Of a DNA stretch of 64,000 bases, positions 8,884 through 17,249 are shown one piece after another. The DNA lies in contig BOKR01000001.1 in NCBI GenBank assembly GCA_016861085.1, positions 825,696 through 889,695 on the forward strand, written 5' to 3'. The translations under genes were made by a program, and so were the position numbers. Under the pieces are notes generated by a model. It had not been told where the DNA came from. It ran no database searches and was given only the letters and a program-made list of their open reading frames with translations. The first letter of the stretch is position 1; each line of letters begins with the position of its first letter. This DNA comes from Patescibacteria group bacterium (GTDB lineage: Bacteria; Patescibacteriota; Microgenomatia; UBA1400; PJMF01).

Positions 8884-10172
8884 AAAATTGGTTCCTTTCC
8901 GGTTAATTTTGTATAGCGGTCAATAATGACATCGCAGAAGACTGGATCGAGCTCGCAAAGGTAGGCTCGGCGTCTCAGTTGTTCGCAAGCTACAAGTAGC
9001 GAGCCACTCCCACCAAAAGTGTCGAGCACGAGGTCTCCTGGCTTTGTGCATCGCCTGAGTGCTTTTTCATGTAGTGACGGTAATTTCTCGGTAGGATGCA
9101 AGTAATCTTGCCCAGCCTTACGTTTGACCAACCAAATTTCCATTAGGTCTAGAATGTCATCATGCAACCTATTGCCAGTGCCCACTTCTTTGTTTAAAAT
9201 CTCATTGAGATTGAGTAACTTGGGGTTACGGTATGGTTTGCCACGGACACCATAGATAACCGGTTCATAGCACTTGTTGAACGAGTTTCCGCTCGTGGGT
9301 GAAAAATTATTTTTAATCCACAGGCATACTCGCTCATGCTTGATGCCTAGTTCCATGTAGAGCGTTTGCAGCAACCAAATCCAGTTCTGATCCATGTAGT
9401 AGAAGTAGTGAGCATCTGGCTTACTCACTGCAATCGCATTACTAATTGCATCGTGGAGGAATTGGCGGTACTCTTCAGGTGATTTGGAATCGTTAGTTTT
9501 GGTCGCTCCATATTTGCCCTGAGTGCTGACTCCTTTGTCATAGTCTAGGCTAATGTTAAATGGGCTATCCGTATAGGTCATGTCAATTCGCTCGTTTTTC
9601 ACCAGTCGCTGAATGTCAGCAAGCGAAGTGGCATCACCGCAAAGTAGCCTGTGTGGGCCCAATTGATACAGGTCACCTAGTTTGGATCTAGGTTCAGCGT
9701 GTAGGATGACAGCCTGCTCAACATCAAAGTCATCGTCTTGAATTTCTAGAGCCTCATCCCAGATTGCTGACAGATCTGAGTCATCAAAACCTGTTTCAAG
9801 CAGTACATCGAGCTCGAAATTGCGAAGAAGTTCCACATCAAATTCACCAACGTTTTTGTTTAAGCGAAGATTTAATTTCTGCTCGGCTTCTAGTGGTAAA
9901 TAAACACTAACTGTTGGAGCAGTTTTGTAACCAAGCTTTCTCATGAGTTTCAGCCTCTGATGACCTCCGACCAGTACAAACTCTCTACCTGGGTAGGTAT
10001 TAATCACAAGTGGCTCAACCACTCCGTAGATCTCTAAGCTTTTGGTCAAATCTGCCTCTGCCTTTTGTGACAAAAATCTTGGATTATATTTTGCCTCTTT
10101 GATTTTTTCGATCGACACTTCAGTGATTTGAAGTTCCTTTACCTTGTACGATTGCTGTATGCTTTTGGGCAT
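8874..10172 (-). CDS. ParB-like N-terminal domain fused to DNA amino-methyltransferase
   Basis: ParB/Srx motifs YNPR and VGGHQR; MTase HPTEK and DTFGGSGS; catalytic motif reads DSPF. Confidence 0.9.
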   Translation of the reverse strand: MPKSIQQSYKVKELQITEVSIEKIKEAKYNPRFLSQKAEADLTKSLEIYGVVEPLVINTYPGREFVLVGGHQRLKLMRKLGYKTAPTVSVYLPLEAEQKLNLRLNKNVGEFDVELLRNFELDVLLETGFDDSDLSAIWDEALEIQDDDFDVEQAVILHAEPRSKLGDLYQLGPHRLLCGDATSLADIQRLVKNERIDMTYTDSPFNISLDYDKGVSTQGKYGATKTNDSKSPEEYRQFLHDAISNAIAVSKPDAHYFYYMDQNWIWLLQTLYMELGIKHERVCLWIKNNFSPTSGNSFNKCYEPVIYGVRGKPYRNPKLLNLNEILNKEVGTGNRLHDDILDLMEIWLVKRKAGQDYLHPTEKLPSLHEKALRRCTKPGDLVLDTFGGSGSLLVACEQLRRRAYLCELDPVFCDVIIDRYTKLTGKEPILCK

Positions 10173-10202
10173 ATCGCTCCTTTCATTTGCGGAAAAATTG
10201 AT

Positions 10203-10276
10203 AAAAAAAAAGACGCATCCCTGAATACAATTCAGTTGCCTAAAAAAAGCAACGAAATAATATCCAAAAATGCGTC
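10203..10276 (-). promoter_or_regulatory. Structured leader / possible attenuator upstream of the MTase-terminase operon
   Basis: Closing stem GACGCAT/ATGCGTC encloses GTTGC/GCAAC and CTGAA/TTCAG hairpins and is followed by T9 on the minus strand. Confidence 0.45.
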
Positions 10277-10363
10277 ATTTAACGTGTCCGCACACGACTC
10301 TCACGAGTAAGCTTACTTTAAATCATCTCAAACGGAAATGCAATAGGAAAAATGACAAATTAG

Positions 10364-10425
10364 ATTGATATATCAATGTATATAGACGCATATACGTGCA
10401 TATAAAAGCATGTACGTTTACATAT
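10364..10425. repeat. 14-bp palindrome followed by 10-bp-phased (G)CATATA-like repeats
   Basis: ATTGATATATCAAT (10364-10377), then TGTATATA, CGCATATA, TGCATATA, AGCATGTA, TTTACATA at 10-nt spacing. Confidence 0.6.
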
Positions 10426-10458
10426 TCTAAATTCAGCTTGAACAACAAAATGAAATTC

Positions 10459-10480
10459 TGCTATCATTACTTTGATAGCA
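10459..10480 (+). promoter_or_regulatory. Palindromic operator (C-box-like) upstream of the XRE/mod/res operon
   Basis: Perfect TGCTATCA-N6-TGATAGCA, 16 nt before the XRE ATG. Confidence 0.6.
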
Positions 10481-10496
10481 TTTGAGTGTTATAAAA

Positions 10497-10709
10497 ATGA
10501 GTAAAACCCAGTCAATCCTAGCCCAGAAAATCAAAAGTCATCGAAAAGCCAATGATATGACTCAGGAATCTCTTGCAAAAGAGGCGAACATTCCGTACAC
10601 AACTCTGACTAAAATAGAATCTGGCGTTATTAGAAACCCAACCATTGATACTGTTATGAAAATAGCAGAAGCTTTAAATACCACTTTGGATGAATTAACT
10701 AAGGAATAA
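10497..10709 (+). CDS. XRE-family HTH regulator, probable R-M controller protein
   Basis: MTQESLAKEANIPYTTLTKIESG HTH; 2 nt upstream of mod. Confidence 0.85.
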   Translation: MSKTQSILAQKIKSHRKANDMTQESLAKEANIPYTTLTKIESGVIRNPTIDTVMKIAEALNTTLDELTKE

Positions 10710-10711
10710 GT

Positions 10712-12571
10712 ATGGCAAAAAAAGATTATACAAACTGGGATAGAAAAGAACTGATTAAAGAAATTGAGCAACTTCGTAAACGTAAGAAATATGGGCTTGT
10801 TTGGGAAGATAAGCCAGAGGATGTGGTTGAGCAGTGCAAAACTGAATTACCAGTTTTAGAAGAAGTGAAAGACAAGGAAATAATTACCGATTCAAACAAA
10901 CCAGTAAATTTATTGATTGAGGGTGATAACTACCATGCTCTCTCTGTTTTAAACTACACGCATAATTCAAAAATTGACGTTATTTATATTGATCCCCCAT
11001 ATAACACTGGTGCTAAAGATTGGAAATACAACAATGACTATGTTGACGGTGAAGATCCTTACCGACATACAAAATGGATCTCATTTATGTATCATCGCCT
11101 TTCAATTGCTAAAAATTTATTAAACAAAGACGGAATTATTTGTGTAACTATCGATGATTATGAAATGCCTAGACTATGGTTAATTATGGAAGAGGTTTTT
11201 GGTGAAATAAATTTCTTAGGAGCTGTAGCAATAAGAATTAATCCTGGGGGGAGAAAGTCGAAAAGAAAGATTGCTGCACAACACGAATATGCTTTATTCT
11301 TTTCTAGAAGCTCTGGTACAAGCATAGCAAAGATTTTTAAAGATATTAATGATAAGTCTCACTCTTATAAACAAGATGAAGATGGAGAGTATTACGAAGA
11401 AAGAAATTTAAGAAAAGATGGAGCTGATAGTTTAGCAAAAGAAGGCTCTTCTCGATATTACAGCATATATTATGATCCCCAATCAGGAAGACTAAGTACT
11501 CAAGAAAAGCTTAAGATAGAAATACTTCCCATAGACACAAATGGACAAAAAAGAATTTGGAGAAGATCAAAAGATGTAATAGATGAAATGAGCAATAAAA
11601 AGGAAATATTTGTAAAAGAAACTAAAAGTGGATTGCAAGTATACTTTAAATTTAGAGGTGGATTGAAAGGTGAAACACCTAAAAGTTTCTGGGATAATGT
11701 AAAGTATTCTGCTAGTGAGCATGGCACTCAAATGTTGAACAATATTCTCGGGACAAGAGAAGCGTTCAACTTTCCAAAATCTCCGTATGCGGTTTCTGAC
11801 TGCATTAAAATTGCTAGTTCAAAGAAAAATGCTACTATCTTAGATTTTTTTGCAGGATCAGGTACAACTGGTCAAGCCGTCTTAGAGCTAAATAAGCAAG
11901 ATGGTGGATCTAGAAAATTTATTCTATGTACAAACAATGAAAACAATATCGCTGAAGAAATTACTCACACAAGGGTTAATAATGTGATTAATGGTTATAA
12001 ATATACAGGAATAGAAAAAACAGTATTAGCTGATGTAAAAATAACTGAAAAGAATATTTATGAGTTAGATGAGATATTGGAAAGATTTGAGTTAATTAAG
12101 ACAGATAAGCTCAATAAATATGAAAAAATTGAATTAAAAATTGAAGAGAATACTATTCGTTTATACGGTATAACTAAACACTCTGGATTTAAAGATGGAT
12201 TAGGCGGAAATCTAAAATACTATAAAACGTCATTTGTACCAGCTGATCCCACAGATAAGAACAAAACAATTTTGACCAGTAAAATATCAGAAATGCTCTG
12301 TATAAAAGAAGATACTTTTGAAAGTGTAAAAAATACACCAAACTACAAGATTTATCGAAACAATAAAAAATACATGGGTATTATTTTTAATCACGATTCA
12401 ATTGAAGACTTTAAAACGGAGATTAAGGAATTTGACAAAAAAATAAATATTTACATCTTTTCCTTGGGAGACGACACATTTGATGAAGAATTCAAAGATG
12501 TAAGTGGAATTGCAAAAATTTTACCAATTCCTGAAGCTGTACTCAGAGTATATAGAAGAATTTTTAAATAA
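10712..12571 (+). CDS. mod: Type III R-M methyltransferase subunit
   Basis: KYGLVWE, IEGDN, IDPPYN, FPKS, DFFAGSGTT; followed by a Res-like helicase. Confidence 0.9.
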   Translation: MAKKDYTNWDRKELIKEIEQLRKRKKYGLVWEDKPEDVVEQCKTELPVLEEVKDKEIITDSNKPVNLLIEGDNYHALSVLNYTHNSKIDVIYIDPPYNTGAKDWKYNNDYVDGEDPYRHTKWISFMYHRLSIAKNLLNKDGIICVTIDDYEMPRLWLIMEEVFGEINFLGAVAIRINPGGRKSKRKIAAQHEYALFFSRSSGTSIAKIFKDINDKSHSYKQDEDGEYYEERNLRKDGADSLAKEGSSRYYSIYYDPQSGRLSTQEKLKIEILPIDTNGQKRIWRRSKDVIDEMSNKKEIFVKETKSGLQVYFKFRGGLKGETPKSFWDNVKYSASEHGTQMLNNILGTREAFNFPKSPYAVSDCIKIASSKKNATILDFFAGSGTTGQAVLELNKQDGGSRKFILCTNNENNIAEEITHTRVNNVINGYKYTGIEKTVLADVKITEKNIYELDEILERFELIKTDKLNKYEKIELKIEENTIRLYGITKHSGFKDGLGGNLKYYKTSFVPADPTDKNKTILTSKISEMLCIKEDTFESVKNTPNYKIYRNNKKYMGIIFNHDSIEDFKTEIKEFDKKINIYIFSLGDDTFDEEFKDVSGIAKILPIPEAVLRVYRRIFK

Positions 12572-12584
12572 TAGGAAAAATATT

Positions 12585-14798
12585 ATGTTAATTAAAGACT
12601 ATCAAGATAATGCTGTCAAAAAACTACTTTCGAGATCAAAGGAGTTGTTGGCTCAAGGTGGAGAAAAAAGATTAATTTTCAAAGCTCCTACCGGTTCTGG
12701 AAAAACCATAATGACCGCAGAGTTTATCAAGCAACTGATAAATGACAACGAAGTCAATCTTCCACTCTCATTCATTTGGACTGCACCAAGAAAATTACAT
12801 ACCCAAAGTAAGGAAAAGATCGAAAAGTACTTTGAAGATACAAGAGTTTTGGAATGTTCAAATTTTGAAGATCTTCTTGATAAACAGATAGCTGAAAATG
12901 AAATGCTTTTCTTGAACTGGGAAAGTATAAATAAAAAGGATAAGAACACAATTGTCAAAGAAAACGAGAAGGAGTTTTATCTAGGAAAAATTGTTGAGAA
13001 TACTAAAGAAGAAGGTAGGGAGATAATTCTCATTATTGATGAAAGCCATCATCATGCCACGAGTGATATATCACAAGAGTTAATCTCAGATATTTCTCCA
13101 AGACTCACGATAGAAGTATCTGCAACTCCTGTTATTCAAAACCCAGACGAAATAGTTTCTGTTCCTTTGGATGAAGTAAAGCTAGAGGGAATGATCAAAA
13201 AATCCGTGACTTTAAATCCAGACTTTAAGAACATCCTTTCAGGGGACAGTTTGACTACTACTCTTTCTGATGGTACTGATTCAATGGTTTTGGAAGAAGC
13301 AATTAAAAAAAGGGTTGAGATTTTAGAGGCATATCAAAAAGAAGGAATTGACGTTAATCCACTACTGCTAATTCAGTTGCCAGATAGGAAGACTCAGCAA
13401 GAAGATGAGATCAAGGCGGAGATTATAAAAATCTTAAAAGATAAATATGGTATTACAACCGAAAACGGAAAACTAGCAGTCTACTTATCAGAAGAAAAAG
13501 AGAATTTAGAAAACATTGCAAAAAACAATAACGAGACAGAGGTTTTAATTTTTAAACAAGCAATCGCTTTAGGTTGGGATTGCCCTCGTGCACAAATATT
13601 AGTGCTCTTCCGAGATTGGAAAAGCTTGACTTTCTCTGTTCAAACTGTCGGGCGTATTATGCGTATGCCACAACCTGAAGTAGGTCACTATCAAACAGAG
13701 ATACTTAACCATGGCTTTGTATACACCAACCTCTCCAACATTGAAATTAAAGAAGACATGGCTAAAAGCTATGTAACAATTTATACAAGTAAGAGGATAG
13801 ATAACTATCAATCGATAAAACTAGAGTCAGTTTATAGAGTACGACAAAGAGAAAAGACTCGGTTGAATCCAAAGTTTATAAGAATATTTTTAGATGAGTC
13901 TGAAAAATATGATTTAGCTAATAAAATTGAGATCGAGAACCAGAGACTAGAAATTTCACTCATATCTGATTATCAAGCAACTGGTGTTGATAAGTTGGCA
14001 AGTGAAGAGATTTCAGGAGAAACTAAAATAGATGCTACTAACGAATTAGACTTACAAAAACTATTTGATTACTTTGCTCGTAATAACTTGTCTCCTTTTT
14101 ATCCAGAAGACAGATCAATTGGTAGAGTTAAGGAAGCAATTTACTACTTCTTTAAAACAAAATTAAATATCGACTACTCAGAAGAGTTTTCTAAAATTAT
14201 CAATATTGTACTGAGCCCCAAAAATATTCAGCACTTTATAAACGTTTTGGATAGCACAAAGACTGAGTACATTTCAGAAACTTCAAAAAAAGCAAATGAG
14301 CTACAGAAATTAAAGGGATGGGATGTTCCAACTCAATTAAATTTTGGTGGCAACTTTGTAGAAATGAATGTAAACAAATCAGTTATGATTCCATTCTATT
14401 ATGATAATAAATGGAAGACTGAGGAAGTTTTCATAAAGCAGTTAGAGTTGTCCAATAATGTTTTGTGGTGGTTTAAAAACGGTGATAGAGATGCAACTTT
14501 CTTTGCCGTGCCATACACAGAAAATGGTGAGGAAAAACCATTCTATGTGGACTTTATCGTATGTTTGAAGAATGGAAAGATTGGTCTTTTGGATACAAAA
14601 AGCGGAAACACAATTAGGGATGCTAGAGAAAAGAGTGATGGCTTGCAGAGTTATATTAAGAAAAACCAAAACTTTTTTGGTGGAATAGTTGCTAATACAA
14701 ACAGCAGAGACTACACAGGCAGATGGATGTGTTTCACAGGTGTTGGCAATGAACTATCGCCAGACGATTTTTCAAATTGGGAATTATTAGATTTATGA
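12585..14798 (+). CDS. res: Type III R-M restriction subunit (SF2 ATPase + PD-(D/E)xK nuclease)
   Basis: APTGSGKT, DESHH, GWDCP, QTVGRIMR, C-terminal YVDF...DTK; start moved to ATG 12585. Confidence 0.9.
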   Translation: MLIKDYQDNAVKKLLSRSKELLAQGGEKRLIFKAPTGSGKTIMTAEFIKQLINDNEVNLPLSFIWTAPRKLHTQSKEKIEKYFEDTRVLECSNFEDLLDKQIAENEMLFLNWESINKKDKNTIVKENEKEFYLGKIVENTKEEGREIILIIDESHHHATSDISQELISDISPRLTIEVSATPVIQNPDEIVSVPLDEVKLEGMIKKSVTLNPDFKNILSGDSLTTTLSDGTDSMVLEEAIKKRVEILEAYQKEGIDVNPLLLIQLPDRKTQQEDEIKAEIIKILKDKYGITTENGKLAVYLSEEKENLENIAKNNNETEVLIFKQAIALGWDCPRAQILVLFRDWKSLTFSVQTVGRIMRMPQPEVGHYQTEILNHGFVYTNLSNIEIKEDMAKSYVTIYTSKRIDNYQSIKLESVYRVRQREKTRLNPKFIRIFLDESEKYDLANKIEIENQRLEISLISDYQATGVDKLASEEISGETKIDATNELDLQKLFDYFARNNLSPFYPEDRSIGRVKEAIYYFFKTKLNIDYSEEFSKIINIVLSPKNIQHFINVLDSTKTEYISETSKKANELQKLKGWDVPTQLNFGGNFVEMNVNKSVMIPFYYDNKWKTEEVFIKQLELSNNVLWWFKNGDRDATFFAVPYTENGEEKPFYVDFIVCLKNGKIGLLDTKSGNTIRDAREKSDGLQSYIKKNQNFFGGIVANTNSRDYTGRWMCFTGVGNELSPDDFSNWELLDL

Positions 14799-15775
14799 AG
14801 GCAGTTTATAAACAACTTATTGATAAGTCGTTAGCTGCTGCTCTTTCTGCCATTGAAATATATAACAAACCTGATTTTAAGTATCGTGATGAAATATTTG
14901 TAATTTTAATTATTAATAGCTGGGAACTTATACTTAAGTCAAAGATACTAAAAGATAATAGAAATAAGCTTAATAGTCTTTATGTATACGAACAAAATGG
15001 AAGAATAAAAAGGAATAGAACCGGAAATCCTTTTACGATAGAAATCGTAGGAGCAATAAGAAAAAATAACCTAGAACAAATTATCGTTGAAAATTTAGAA
15101 AAATTAATTGAACTTAGAGATACGTCTGTCCATTTTTATAATGCTGATTCAATCTCATATATTATATATAGCTTGGGTGCTGCAGCCCTCAAAAACTATT
15201 CAAAAATTGTAAATGAGTGGTTTGCTATTGATTTGGTCAAGGAATATAACTTTAATATTCTCCCGCTAGGTTTTGCTTACAATTTTCAAACATTCAACAA
15301 TATTTCATTTGAGCAACAACACGAATCAATTAAAAAAATTATCACATCAATTCAAAATTACCAAAGCAGAAACCAAACCGAGTCAAATGGATACTATTTA
15401 ATTTGCGAAATCCAAACAAAGTTAACCTCTGCCAAAAAAATATCAACTGCTGATACCGTAACTGTTAAAATTGATAATAGCGATCCAAATGCACAAGTTG
15501 CTGTTATTAAAAAGCAAAAGACTACAGACATTTATCCTTATAGTTGGTCGGAAATAAGAGATTACTTAAGAAGCAATCTAAAAGATTTCAATCAAAATAA
15601 ACTAAATAGTATTATTAAATCTGAAAAAATAAAAGAAAATATCAAATATTCAGCTTATAACTTCAAAAGCAAACGTGATGAAGACGAGTTTAAACAAACT
15701 GGAGTGGTAAAATCTGGCACCCCCAGCTTATACAACGATGAGTGTCGCCAGTACATACTGAGCAAGCTTAAATAA
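14795..15775 (+). CDS. DUF3644-like protein with HEPN-type R-x4-H motif
   Basis: AIEIYNKPDFKYR...NSWELILK, LRDTSVH; ATGA overlap with the res stop. Confidence 0.75.
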   Translation: MKAVYKQLIDKSLAAALSAIEIYNKPDFKYRDEIFVILIINSWELILKSKILKDNRNKLNSLYVYEQNGRIKRNRTGNPFTIEIVGAIRKNNLEQIIVENLEKLIELRDTSVHFYNADSISYIIYSLGAAALKNYSKIVNEWFAIDLVKEYNFNILPLGFAYNFQTFNNISFEQQHESIKKIITSIQNYQSRNQTESNGYYLICEIQTKLTSAKKISTADTVTVKIDNSDPNAQVAVIKKQKTTDIYPYSWSEIRDYLRSNLKDFNQNKLNSIIKSEKIKENIKYSAYNFKSKRDEDEFKQTGVVKSGTPSLYNDECRQYILSKLK

Positions 15776-17177
15776 GCTTCCTCCAAATTTCCACCATCGC
15801 CCAAGTATCCAGTTTGCAGTAGGTTAGTAAGTTTTGTCTAATTTGTTCCTTTTCTTCCGCAGTTATAGCTCCATAAACCATCTCATGCCAAGCCAACATT
15901 GCTTTGGTTCCCTCACCAATTTCTAGTTCTTTGTAGCTCAGCTCTGGACATAAGACAGGCAAGACTTTTTTGATTGAAGCACTGCCATGAAAGCGGTGGT
16001 CAACATATAAGCCATTTTTGAACACATCCATCAAGTCATAGACTCGTTCATTGATGCTTTGCAGTTGCGGAGCTAAATCAGGGCATAAAACAGCTAACTC
16101 ATCATTCCTGCCACACTCAAAGCCTTTGTTCCAGACAATCACTGATCCAGTGTCGCCAATGACATTGCGCAGCTCTGTCGCAAGATGTTTGGCAGGATCA
16201 CCAGTTTCAGTTGCCAGACATTCATAATGCTCGAACTCATCACTCTCAGGATTTCTAGCAACGTGGATGGAAAACTGTGTTACTGCCTGCTGATACGGCT
16301 TGTAGCCATCGTACATGGGTAAGGCTTCGCCATAAGTTTCATAGTCTAAGAAGTAGATGGGATATTCCAGCCTACTTAATTCTTCTGCAATGGCATCGTG
16401 ATCAATGATTGGTTGGTTTTGTCTGGCAGATTGAATTTGCAGTCTTTGCTTATAGTTACTGGTGAAAGTATTAGGAATGTCCTTGACCAACTCCACTCCC
16501 ATATTCAGGAGTTCACGGTATTGTTTCTTGCTGGCTCTGCCTAGCTCATAAATTGAGCCATCAGGTAGATTGGGGAAGCAGTGGTCAGGATAGATACAGG
16601 TACCAGGATTAAAACAATGCTCATCGCTGGGTTCTTGCACGAGTCGCATCACTCCCCATGCCTCAGATCTCAATTGATACACCTCATCTTCTTTTTTGGC
16701 GATGTGGTCAGTCATGTCTTCCACGATAAAGAGTTCATTGATATCAATCTCACCTGCTCGTTGATAGTCACTGTTGACTCGCACTAAATAGACTTTGTTG
16801 ATAGGCAGTGTGGCTTTACCCACTAAATACTGGAACGTCACATCATATTTATGCTCAGTGTGAATGGTTGTGCTACTTTTGATTTCATACAGGTCATAGG
16901 TGTTGTTCACAGTGTCATGAACCAACGCATCAATACGGGACTCGTAGTTGCCATCGGTCAGAGTAGCTTCAAAGGTGAGTGTGGTGCCAGCAGGATACTG
17001 TGTGGCAACTTTCAGCTGCAGAAATTCTTTCGCTAACTTTTCAACGCTATACCCTTGCTTCATCGTGTGTTGGTCGTACAGGGATGGTGGTTTTGGTGGA
17101 GTATCGCTATGAACTGATAACCACATGTGCAGTGGAGATTCTAGGTAGCTTAAGAAGAGTGATTTGGTCAGTTTCAT
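15768..17177 (-). CDS. DUF2779-domain protein (N-terminal Cas4/RecB-like nuclease + C-terminal RNase H-like domain)
   Basis: RIDAL...EIKSST...DVTFQ; FLDYET, QFSIH, SIKKVLP, YCKLDT. Confidence 0.8.
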   Translation of the reverse strand: MKLTKSLFLSYLESPLHMWLSVHSDTPPKPPSLYDQHTMKQGYSVEKLAKEFLQLKVATQYPAGTTLTFEATLTDGNYESRIDALVHDTVNNTYDLYEIKSSTTIHTEHKYDVTFQYLVGKATLPINKVYLVRVNSDYQRAGEIDINELFIVEDMTDHIAKKEDEVYQLRSEAWGVMRLVQEPSDEHCFNPGTCIYPDHCFPNLPDGSIYELGRASKKQYRELLNMGVELVKDIPNTFTSNYKQRLQIQSARQNQPIIDHDAIAEELSRLEYPIYFLDYETYGEALPMYDGYKPYQQAVTQFSIHVARNPESDEFEHYECLATETGDPAKHLATELRNVIGDTGSVIVWNKGFECGRNDELAVLCPDLAPQLQSINERVYDLMDVFKNGLYVDHRFHGSASIKKVLPVLCPELSYKELEIGEGTKAMLAWHEMVYGAITAEEKEQIRQNLLTYCKLDTWAMVEIWRKLI

Positions 17178-17249
17178 CAAGTGAATTATATAGGTAAAGC
17201 AGGCAAAAGCGAATATACTATTGCTAAGTGATAGTTAGCGAAAGGAGTT

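Noticed and set aside
15768-17177. CRISPR-associated Cas4
   Set aside because: No array or other cas genes; the architecture fits a stand-alone DUF2779 protein
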